From assembly GCF_034669745.1 (NCBI RefSeq), contig NZ_JAXMOP010000002.1: DNA of 64,000 bases; one strand, given 5' to 3'. This stretch comes from Parasphingorhabdus sp. GTDB taxonomy: Bacteria; Pseudomonadota; Alphaproteobacteria; Sphingomonadales; Sphingomonadaceae. The notes under the pieces were generated by a model. The model did no database searches, was not told the origin of the DNA, and was given only the letters and a program-made list of their open reading frames with translations. This document shows, one piece after another, positions 56,859-64,000 of the stretch. Both the position numbers and the translations under genes were made by a program. Position 1 is the stretch's first letter, and every line of letters starts with the position of its first letter.

Positions 56859-58067
56859 TTAGCGGCTGAAGCTGGAAACAATCTCGACATGGGTCGACCA
56901 TAGAAACTGGCCCACGGGCCAGACTTGCCGGAGCTTGTAGCCAGCGTCGCAAAGCTGTTTCGCGTCCCGGGCAAAGCTGGCTGGATTGCAACTGATGTAG
57001 CAGATTTTTGCGACATCGGATTGCGCCAGCTGCAGCACTTGCTCGCGTGCGCCAGCACGGGGCGGATCGAGGATGACGGCGTCAAAGCGATTGAGTTCCT
57101 CCGCGCTGAGCGGCCGGCGGAACAGATCGCGATGTTCGCAGAATATCTGGCGGGTGGAATGATTGGCTGCCATTTTCAGCGCGCCAATGGCATCGCGGGC
57201 GCCTTCCGCCGCATAGATTTTCTGATCCTCGGCGAGCGCCATGGTGAAGGTCCCGAGGCCGGCAAACAGATCGGCAACCAGACGGGCGTCACCAACCGCT
57301 TCGCGCATTGCAGAAATCAGAACCTGCTGCCCCTCGTGCGTCGGCTGCAGAAAAGCGCTGTGCGGAAATGCGACAGGCGTCCCACCCAGCGTGACCGTCA
57401 CCGGTTCCGGTTCCCACTGGGTTTCCGGGCCATAGCCGCCATCGACGGACAGGCGTGCCAGACCATTGGCTTTGGCAAAATCCGAAAGGGCTTCGCGCTG
57501 CTCCAGACCTTCTGGCTCGTAATTGCTGATCAGCAGGTCGATGCCCTGATCCACCAAAGTCATCTCGATATTCATGTCATGCTTGCGGCGGGCAGCGGTT
57601 TTGAGAAAGGTCCGCAAGGGTGCCAGCAGATCAAACAGTTCGGGTGCCATGATCTCGCATTGCTGCAGGTCGACGATCCGGTGGCTGCCGGCCCCGCTGA
57701 ACCCCAGCTTGAATTGATCGCCGAGTCTGGCAGCCCGCAAGCTGGCGCGGATCCGGGTTTTCGGCCGGGAGACCTGGGGCGGGTGCAGCAGTTCTGCGGC
57801 GAGGCCCTGCCCTTCCAGTGCGTAGGCCACCCGGTCGGTAAGAAACTGGGAGTAGCTCTCGGCATCCAGGTGCTGCAGGCTGCAACCGCCGCAGGACTGA
57901 AAATGCTGGCACGGAGCCTCGACATGATGCGGGCCCTTGATCAGGCCGCCGTCCTCACTCAGCCGGTCCAGTGGCGCGGAAAAGGCGACATGGCGGCCAT
58001 CCGCGGTCACACCATCACCCTTGGCGGCAACGCGCAGGATCAGGTCGGGATCAATAGTCGCGGTCAT
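56859..58067 (-). CDS. RumA/RlmD-like 23S rRNA (uracil-C5)-methyltransferase with a 4Fe-4S Cys cluster
   Basis: The likely start is the ATG at 58067, which overlaps the nnr stop (ATGA); 58073 is an alternative, and the track ORF extends to 58160. It has the CQHFQSCGGCSLQH cluster, the SAM motif DLFAGLGTF and a C-terminal catalytic YISCNP. Confidence 0.8.
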   Translation of the reverse strand: MTATIDPDLILRVAAKGDGVTADGRHVAFSAPLDRLSEDGGLIKGPHHVEAPCQHFQSCGGCSLQHLDAESYSQFLTDRVAYALEGQGLAAELLHPPQVSRPKTRIRASLRAARLGDQFKLGFSGAGSHRIVDLQQCEIMAPELFDLLAPLRTFLKTAARRKHDMNIEMTLVDQGIDLLISNYEPEGLEQREALSDFAKANGLARLSVDGGYGPETQWEPEPVTVTLGGTPVAFPHSAFLQPTHEGQQVLISAMREAVGDARLVADLFAGLGTFTMALAEDQKIYAAEGARDAIGALKMAANHSTRQIFCEHRDLFRRPLSAEELNRFDAVILDPPRAGAREQVLQLAQSDVAKICYISCNPASFARDAKQLCDAGYKLRQVWPVGQFLWSTHVEIVSSFSR

Positions 58068-59467
58068 AAGCATTCCTGCAAGCTGGCGGGGAGTTGGTCG
58101 ATGAGCATTTCCGGCGTGAATGCAGGGCCGGCCAATTGTCCGGCCCGGCTGTGCAGCCATTGGCCTTCGCAGGCCGCCATATAACCACTGATGCCGGTTG
58201 CCAAGCGACTTGCGATAACCCCGGCCAGCACGTCACCGGTTCCGGCTGTGGACAGCCAGGGACAGGTTTGCGCAGATATCGAAGCTTTGCCATCCGGGCT
58301 GACGATCACGGTGTCGGCACCTTTCAGCAGAATATTGCATCCAGATTGCCCGGCCAGTTTGCGGCTGCCTTCCAGCCTGTGGTGCACATCCTCGGACATC
58401 AGGGTGGCAAACTCTCCCGCATGCGGTGTTGCGATCGTCTCGGCAGTGCGTGCTTTGACCAGATCGCTGAACTGCGCTGCAGCTACGGTCAGCGCATCGG
58501 CATCCAGCACCAGCGGCGCATCGGCGGCGAGCACGGCACTCAACAAATCTTTCGCGCGGTCATCGCGTCCCAGTCCGGGCCCGATGACAATCGCCGAAAT
58601 ACGATGGTCCGACAGTTTTTGCTCGAGCGCGGGAATATCCGCCACGGTCTCAACCACGATGCTGGGGTGCGGCGATACAAGTCCGGGCGATGCAAAGACT
58701 TTGACGTAGCCTGCTCCCGATTTCTGGGCGGCCATCGCGGTTAGCTGCGCGGCGCCGGTCATTGCGCCCGCGACCACTGCTACCAGTCCGCGGCTATATT
58801 TATGATCCTGCGAACCGGGTACGGATATAAAAGGCTTCGGCAAAATCCGAAAATCGCTGTCTGCCTCGATGCCAATATCGATCCCGACCAGATTTCCCAT
58901 TTTCGAGCGCGCCGGTTCGATAAAATGGGACGGTTTGAATGCGCCCAGCGCTATGCTTGTATCAAATTGTCCGATCGGATTGAGCAGTTCACCATGATCT
59001 GATTCGACACCCGTCGGCAGATCGATCGCCACGCGTCGTTTTGCACCAGCGAACAAACGCATGAAATGGCCGAACCAGTCGTCGCCGACGGCGCGGGTCA
59101 ATCCGGTCCCGAACAGACAATCAACGAATTGCGGTGCCGGCTGTGCATCGGCCAGAGCTATTGTATTGCCGCACCACAGCGATTTTGCATGCTGCGCTGC
59201 ATCGGTGGTCGGTTCGAGCGGCGCTGCGACGCAGACTTCTACGCCTTTTTCGAGCAGCCATTGCGCGATGACATAGCCGTCGCCACCATTATTGCCCGGC
59301 CCGCACAGCACCAAAGTCGGCAGATCAGCAGAAATACGCCAGATCATCTGCGCCGCACCCTGTCCGGCCCGGCGCATCAATGCCTCAACCGAGACCCCGG
59401 AGTCGATCAAAGCCTGTTCCGCCAGCTTCATTTCAGCGGCGGTCAATATTTTCCCGTGATTGAGCAA
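58064..59467 (-). CDS. nnr: bifunctional NAD(P)H-hydrate repair enzyme (epimerase + ADP-dependent dehydratase)
   Basis: 467 aa with an N-terminal YjeF_N domain (CGPGNNGGDGY) and a C-terminal carbohydrate-kinase-like domain (GTGDVLAG). Confidence 0.88.
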   Translation of the reverse strand: MLNHGKILTAAEMKLAEQALIDSGVSVEALMRRAGQGAAQMIWRISADLPTLVLCGPGNNGGDGYVIAQWLLEKGVEVCVAAPLEPTTDAAQHAKSLWCGNTIALADAQPAPQFVDCLFGTGLTRAVGDDWFGHFMRLFAGAKRRVAIDLPTGVESDHGELLNPIGQFDTSIALGAFKPSHFIEPARSKMGNLVGIDIGIEADSDFRILPKPFISVPGSQDHKYSRGLVAVVAGAMTGAAQLTAMAAQKSGAGYVKVFASPGLVSPHPSIVVETVADIPALEQKLSDHRISAIVIGPGLGRDDRAKDLLSAVLAADAPLVLDADALTVAAAQFSDLVKARTAETIATPHAGEFATLMSEDVHHRLEGSRKLAGQSGCNILLKGADTVIVSPDGKASISAQTCPWLSTAGTGDVLAGVIASRLATGISGYMAACEGQWLHSRAGQLAGPAFTPEMLIDQLPASLQECL

Positions 59468-59475
59468 GTGCGCCT

Positions 59476-59922
59476 CTAGTTTCCGGCTTGCGCCGGGTCT
59501 TTGCTGGCTGCGGGCGCCGTCGCAGCGGTCTTTGCATCAGCTTTGATTTGAGCGGGCAGCAGATATTGATCGGGTCCAACGCTGACCAGAATCTTGCCAT
59601 CCTCGACGATGGCTATCTTCGCCTTGTCGAATCCGTCGGCAGCTTCCAGACCACGGCCGTCGGTCAGCACGTTGAATCGGCGAAATCCGCCATCCGGGTG
59701 CCGGATGATCATTGTCACGCCGCCTTCACCGCTCAATTTTTCGGTATAACAATCGCGGGTGAAGGCGCTGGCACCATTGATCGCGCATTCGATTTTGCCG
59801 TCATCACCCGCATGCGATGCAGCCCGCTCTTCCGCGTCCGCAAGCACGGCATTATCCGGCCTGTTCTCGCAGGCGGTCAGCAGCAGGGTCAGACCAACAA
59901 TATTAGATATCCGCATAGACAT
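59476..59922 (-). CDS. hypothetical lipoprotein
   Basis: 148 aa with the lipobox LLLTAC after a short basic N-terminus. Its start overlaps the ilvD 3' end by 14-20 nt. Confidence 0.5.
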   Translation of the reverse strand: MSMRISNIVGLTLLLTACENRPDNAVLADAEERAASHAGDDGKIECAINGASAFTRDCYTEKLSGEGGVTMIIRHPDGGFRRFNVLTDGRGLEAADGFDKAKIAIVEDGKILVSVGPDQYLLPAQIKADAKTAATAPAASKDPAQAGN

Positions 59923-61624
59923 GTTTTTCAGCCTTGGCTCCCGGATGGGTCACCGCTCCCTGATAGGCCGGCCCCACATTCTGCGCATAGCGCCACAATG
60001 CTCCTGAACCATAATCGGTTTCGCGTCGTGTAAATTTTTTCCGGCGCTCCGCCATGATGGTCTCATCGACTTCCAGATCGATGATGCCCTTTTCGGCATC
60101 GATATTGATCATGTCGCCCTCTTCGATCAGGCCAATTGGCCCGCCATCGGCGGCTTCGGGGCCAATGTGACCGATACAAAAGCCGCGGGTTCCACCGGAA
60201 AAACGACCATCGGTGATCAGCGCCACTTTTTCGCCCATTCCCTGTCCGTAGAGTGCAGCCGTGGTGGCGAGCATTTCGCGCATGCCGGGGCCGCCCTTTG
60301 GTCCTTCGTTGCGAATGACAAGGACCGCGCCTTCCTTGATTTGGCGCTGCTCGACAGCGGCATAGGCATCTTCCTCGCACTCGAAGACCTGCGCAGGACC
60401 GCGGAATTGCAGGCGCGCCATCCCGGCGACCTTGACGATCGCACCTTCCGGCGCGAGCGAGCCGCGCAGGCCGACAACACCGCCGGTTGGGGTGATCGCA
60501 TGCTGGACATCATAGATAACCTTCTGGTCCGGGTTCCAGGTGATTTCCTCGATATTTTCGCCAAGCGTCTTGCCAGTCACGGTGATGCAGTCGCCAATGA
60601 TCAGGCCATTGTCCATCATCGTCTTCATCAGCATGTAGACACCGCCGGCCGCGTGCATATCCTTGGCGACATATTTGCCGCCCGGTTTCAGATCTGCCAG
60701 ATAGGGTGTGGTTTTGAAAATCTCTGCGACATCGAACAGATCAAATTCTATTCCCGCCTCGCTGGCCATCGCGGGCAGGTGCAGGGCGGCATTGGTCGAT
60801 CCGCCGGTGGCGGCAACCACGCGGGCCGCGTTGATGAACGCGTCTCTGGTACAAATATCGCGGGGGCGCAAATTGAGCTCGATCAGGTTCATGATCTGGC
60901 GGCCCGCTGCCCGCGCCATGTCGTCGCGGGTATCATAAGGTGCTGGCGCCATATTGCTGTTCGGCAGCGAAAGACCAATGGCTTCGGCGACGCAGGCCAT
61001 GGTGTTGGCGGTGAATTGACCGCCACAGGCACCGTGGCCCGGGCAAGCGACTTTTTCCAGTTCGATCAGTTCCTGCAACGGGCAATTGCCGGCGCTATGC
61101 TGGCCCACCGCTTCGAAAACATCGACAACGGTCACGTCATGGTCATGGAACCGTCCGGGCAGGATCGAGCCGCCGTAAACAAAGATCGACGGGACGTTGA
61201 GCCTCAGCATCGCCATCATCATGCCGGGCAGACTCTTGTCGCATCCGGCATAGCCGATGACCGCGTCATAGCAGTGGCCGCGGACGCTCAGTTCGACGCT
61301 GTCGGCGATTACTTCGCGCGAGACCAGCGAGGCTTTCATGCCTTGATGGCCCATGGCAATGCCGTCGGTGACGGTGATCGTGTTGAACCGCCGGGGTGTG
61401 CCGCCGGCTTCGATCACGCCCTCACGGGCCATATCCGCCTGTACATCGAGCAACGTGTTGCACGGCGCGCTGTCATTGCCCGCCGAAGCGATTCCGACGA
61501 AGGGTTTCGCGATATCCTCTTCGGTCATGCCCATCGCATAATAATAGCTGCGCTGGGGAGCGCGCTCTGGTCCGACGCTGACGTGACGGCTTGGCAGGAG
61601 GGACTTGTCGAATCTGTTGGTCAT
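59903..61624 (-). CDS. ilvD: dihydroxy-acid dehydratase (IlvD/Edd family, short form)
   Basis: The likely start is [15 protein letters not shown]... at 61624. The motifs CDKSLPG and GACGG, and the C-terminal TDGRFSGGT, are present. A sugar-acid dehydratase specificity cannot be excluded. Confidence 0.82.
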   Translation of the reverse strand: MTNRFDKSLLPSRHVSVGPERAPQRSYYYAMGMTEEDIAKPFVGIASAGNDSAPCNTLLDVQADMAREGVIEAGGTPRRFNTITVTDGIAMGHQGMKASLVSREVIADSVELSVRGHCYDAVIGYAGCDKSLPGMMMAMLRLNVPSIFVYGGSILPGRFHDHDVTVVDVFEAVGQHSAGNCPLQELIELEKVACPGHGACGGQFTANTMACVAEAIGLSLPNSNMAPAPYDTRDDMARAAGRQIMNLIELNLRPRDICTRDAFINAARVVAATGGSTNAALHLPAMASEAGIEFDLFDVAEIFKTTPYLADLKPGGKYVAKDMHAAGGVYMLMKTMMDNGLIIGDCITVTGKTLGENIEEITWNPDQKVIYDVQHAITPTGGVVGLRGSLAPEGAIVKVAGMARLQFRGPAQVFECEEDAYAAVEQRQIKEGAVLVIRNEGPKGGPGMREMLATTAALYGQGMGEKVALITDGRFSGGTRGFCIGHIGPEAADGGPIGLIEEGDMINIDAEKGIIDLEVDETIMAERRKKFTRRETDYGSGALWRYAQNVGPAYQGAVTHPGAKAEKHVYADI

Positions 61625-61675
61625 TCTGGCTTCCAATATGGCAATTTCCGGATCGTCCTTCCAAAACTCCGGCGG

Positions 61676-62404
61676 TTAAGCAAGAGCCGTTCTTATTTTA
61701 TCGCAACTACGCAATAAAATATCAGCAAAACGGCGTTGTCCGACTGGCTCCATGATCAGGTCCTGCCGCAATTCTGCGCCAAAATAAGGCTGACCCAAAG
61801 CTTCGCAATGGCGATCCATGGTCGCATTCAGCTCTTTTCCCGAATAGGGCAGCTGATCACCGACATTCAGCATCCCCTCCGCTTCGAGAAACTGGATCGC
61901 GAAACGGGAGGCTGTTTCATATTGATTATATAAAATGCCGACATCCCAAGGGCGCTGCAGCTGCGGGTTGCTGCGCAGCGTTGGCGAGAAGCTGTGCAGT
62001 GAAAGGACCAGCGCCGGCTTCAAATCCAGCACCAGCGCATGCACCCGGTCGTGATAGGGTGTGAAATAGCGATCCAGCCTCGTCTGCCTTTCGGCTGCTG
62101 ATATCTGGTTGCCCGGAATTTCGACGCCATCGCTGCGTTCCGGGATCACGGAATGTTCGTCTGGAAAGCGATTGCAATCGACGACCAACCGCGAAACCGT
62201 GCTGAGAATCGCTAGATAGCCGCTATTTTCTGTCATCATACGGGCAATCGCTGCCGTACCCGGATCGAAGGCGATGTGATCTTCGAAATATCGCGGAGAA
62301 ATGCCGAGATCGATATCGTCCGGCACATGATTGGAGGCATGATCGGCCACGATCAGTACACCGCCTTCCGACGGAACGCCGGATATTTCAAAAGCTTCCT
62401 TCAT
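61676..62404 (-). CDS. N-formylglutamate amidohydrolase family protein
   Basis: The likely start is the ATG at 62404 (MKEAFEISG...), which overlaps the ispE stop (ATGA). The LIVADHASNHVP and SLHSF motifs are typical of the FGase family. Confidence 0.75.
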   Translation of the reverse strand: MKEAFEISGVPSEGGVLIVADHASNHVPDDIDLGISPRYFEDHIAFDPGTAAIARMMTENSGYLAILSTVSRLVVDCNRFPDEHSVIPERSDGVEIPGNQISAAERQTRLDRYFTPYHDRVHALVLDLKPALVLSLHSFSPTLRSNPQLQRPWDVGILYNQYETASRFAIQFLEAEGMLNVGDQLPYSGKELNATMDRHCEALGQPYFGAELRQDLIMEPVGQRRFADILLRSCDKIRTALA

Positions 62405-63255
62405 CGAAACCTCCCGATCATTGTCCATATTTCTCCGAAAGCGGCGCGACAGCGTCGCTCGGCATTTTCAGCCTCCGCCCGACTGTCGAACAAGGCAAAG
62501 CAGGTTGCACCAGACCCGGACATCCGGGTCAGTCGAGGCTGGCAATGTTCCAGCAGATCCAGAACATCTGTCAATATCGGTGCCAGCGCAACCGCCGGTT
62601 TCTGCAGATCGTTTCTGCCGTTTCGCGCCGCCGACATAACACGCCCCTCCTGAAGCGCGCCGCGATCCACACCATCCCAGGCCGCAAATATCTTTGCCGT
62701 CGAAACCGGAACCAGCGGATTGATCAACAGCGCGACGCAATCCCGCAAGTCATCATCGGGAATCGGGGTCAGGTCCTGACCGATTCCTGTGCCCCGGCAG
62801 GTCTGGCTGGTCACACAGGCCGGTACGTCGGCACCGAGCGGCCGCGCGATCTCGGCCAGGGCAGAGATCGAATGATTCAGTCGCCAGAAACGGTTGAGGA
62901 GCCGCAGCGTCGCCGCAGCATCGGCCGAGCCGCCACCAATTCCCGAGGCAACGGGTAGCCGTTTCTCAAGATGCAGCTGCGCGCCAATCTTTACTTTCGA
63001 TGTCTCCGCAAGCCGATTGGCAGCCTGCAAAACCAGATTGTCGGTTGCGCTCAATCCATCCGCAAATGGCCCGCTGATCCGCAAATCAATGCCCTCACCC
63101 GGTTCTGCTGCAATCACATCACCCTGATCCAGAAAGGCAAAGATTGTTTCAATCTGATGATAGCCATCGGGCAGTCGCTTGCGGACATGGAGCGCCAGAT
63201 TTATTTTCGCATAGGCTGTTTCGCTGTCCGACACGCCCGAAACCGAACCAGACAT
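62401..63255 (-). CDS. ispE: 4-diphosphocytidyl-2-C-methyl-D-erythritol kinase
   Basis: 284 aa with AKINLALHV at the N-terminus and the GHMP kinase motif (PVASGIGGGSADAAA). Its start overlaps the upstream TPR gene stop by 1 nt. Confidence 0.88.
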   Translation of the reverse strand: MSGSVSGVSDSETAYAKINLALHVRKRLPDGYHQIETIFAFLDQGDVIAAEPGEGIDLRISGPFADGLSATDNLVLQAANRLAETSKVKIGAQLHLEKRLPVASGIGGGSADAAATLRLLNRFWRLNHSISALAEIARPLGADVPACVTSQTCRGTGIGQDLTPIPDDDLRDCVALLINPLVPVSTAKIFAAWDGVDRGALQEGRVMSAARNGRNDLQKPAVALAPILTDVLDLLEHCQPRLTRMSGSGATCFALFDSRAEAENAERRCRAAFGEIWTMIGRFR

Positions 63256-64000
63256 CAGGGCGATACGAGTTCGGGCCGGAGACCCAGATCAATCTTGCTG
63301 GCGAGTCGCTGCACATCGTCACCCTCGGCGAATAGCTTCGCCGATTTCCATGCATAGCGCGCTTCATAGAGGCGACCCACCGTCCAATAGGCGTCGCCGA
63401 GATGCTCATTGATCGTGGGATCCTGTGGCTGGCCTTCCAGCGCGCTTTCCAGATAGGTCACGGCACGATCATGCTCACCGGTGACGAAATAGGCCCAGCC
63501 GAGGGAATCGGTAATCGCCGGCGAGTCGGAGCGCAGTTCATGCGCGCGCTTGATCGCGGCAACGGCTGCTTGCTGGTTCTCCCGCCGTTCGAGCTGGGCG
63601 TAGCCAAGATAGTTCAGAATGGTCGGCGAATCGGGCAGCAATTCATTGGCTTTTTGCAGCGACTGCAAGCCGCCTGGCCAGATTCCGGCCTGCTCCTGGG
63701 CTCCGCCCAGTGCCAGCCAGTAATTGGCCATCAGCATATCGGACCGCTGCAACTTGTTGCCCAGTTCGATTGCCGATTCAAAAGCGGCAGCCGCCGCCTT
63801 GTTTTCGCCCTGCGCCTGCAGCGACTGGCCCTTCAAAATATACAATTCGGGGGAGTCGGGATCGGCCGCCAGCGCACTGTCCAGCCGGACGATCGCCTGA
63901 TCAAAATCGCCATTGGTCACGAAACTCGCGATCTGCGAACTCAGTCCGATCAGATAATAAGGACTTTCAGGACCGATGCGGGCAAATTCGGCGATCGCAA
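63255..64000 (-). CDS. TPR-repeat protein; 5' end lies outside the window
   Basis: I checked by hand that the frame stays open from 63920 (an internal GTG in the track) to the window edge at 64000. It has multiple 34-aa TPR-like repeats (AL..DP....A...LG.AY...G....A). Confidence 0.7.
   Translation of the reverse strand, partial: AIAEFARIGPESPYYLIGLSSQIASFVTNGDFDQAIVRLDSALAADPDSPELYILKGQSLQAQGENKAAAAAFESAIELGNKLQRSDMLMANYWLALGGAQEQAGIWPGGLQSLQKANELLPDSPTILNYLGYAQLERRENQQAAVAAIKRAHELRSDSPAITDSLGWAYFVTGEHDRAVTYLESALEGQPQDPTINEHLGDAYWTVGRLYEARYAWKSAKLFAEGDDVQRLASKIDLGLRPELVSP

Noticed and set aside
56925-58184. 419-aa plus-strand ORF antisense to the RumA-like methyltransferase; similar cases occur at 21290-22534, 27784-28980 and 52576-53559
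   Set aside because: All lie opposite confidently assigned genes and have no recognisable motifs.
60167-61717. 516-aa plus-strand ORF antisense to ilvD
   Set aside because: Shadow ORF of a well-supported gene, with a degenerate Arg/Gly/Ala-rich translation.

Overview
A 64-kb, densely coding chromosomal segment with about 57 supported CDS. It is probably from a moderately GC-rich alphaproteobacterium: it has ALA-synthase hemA, alpha-type PDH E2, PhaR, and palindromic intergenic elements of the kind seen in Sphingomonadales. The taxon is inference only. I saw no rRNA, tRNA, CRISPR array, transposase, integrase or phage gene.

Gene blocks in order:
1. nt 1-4873: a glucosylglycerate-type compatible-solute cluster. 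It holds a HAD phosphatase and a GpgS-like glycosyltransferase, next to a GH13_18 phosphorylase and a glycerate kinase.
2. nt 4973-10619: an AT-richer three-gene envelope signalling locus. It holds a CHASE2/degenerate-GGDEF/EAL protein, a FecR-domain protein with a (GNGNGG)21 tail encoded by a near-perfect 18-bp tandem repeat, and a divergent ShlB/FhaC-type outer-membrane barrel.
3. A cobalamin riboswitch, btuB and a small unknown membrane protein, followed by a class IV aminotransferase plus sulfotransferase-like pair.
4. lpdA, a thioesterase, pdhC, USP, a peroxiredoxin-like gene, rnr, an archaeal-type proS and phaR.
5. nt 25002-37495: a 12.5-kb single-strand methylmalonyl-CoA pathway array (pccB, mce, enoyl-CoA hydratase, mutase, pccA). 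Embedded in it are bioB, two tiny unknown ORFs, DUF808, an MFS transporter with a periplasmic insertion, and alr.
6. gor, pgi, lepB-rnc-era, DUF465, topA, dprA, plsY, murI and hemA.
7. A threonine dehydratase, then the alternative polyamine pathway (CANSDH, CANSDC, ODC) and tandem MAPEG paralogues.
8. A RumA-like methyltransferase, nnr, a lipoprotein, ilvD, an FGase-family gene, ispE and a TPR protein that runs off the 3' edge.

The best candidate for an undescribed system is the CHASE2-EAL / FecR-(GNGNGG)n / TpsB-like trio. All calls come from reading the sequence and the ORF translations. No database search was run, and composition statements are by eye.
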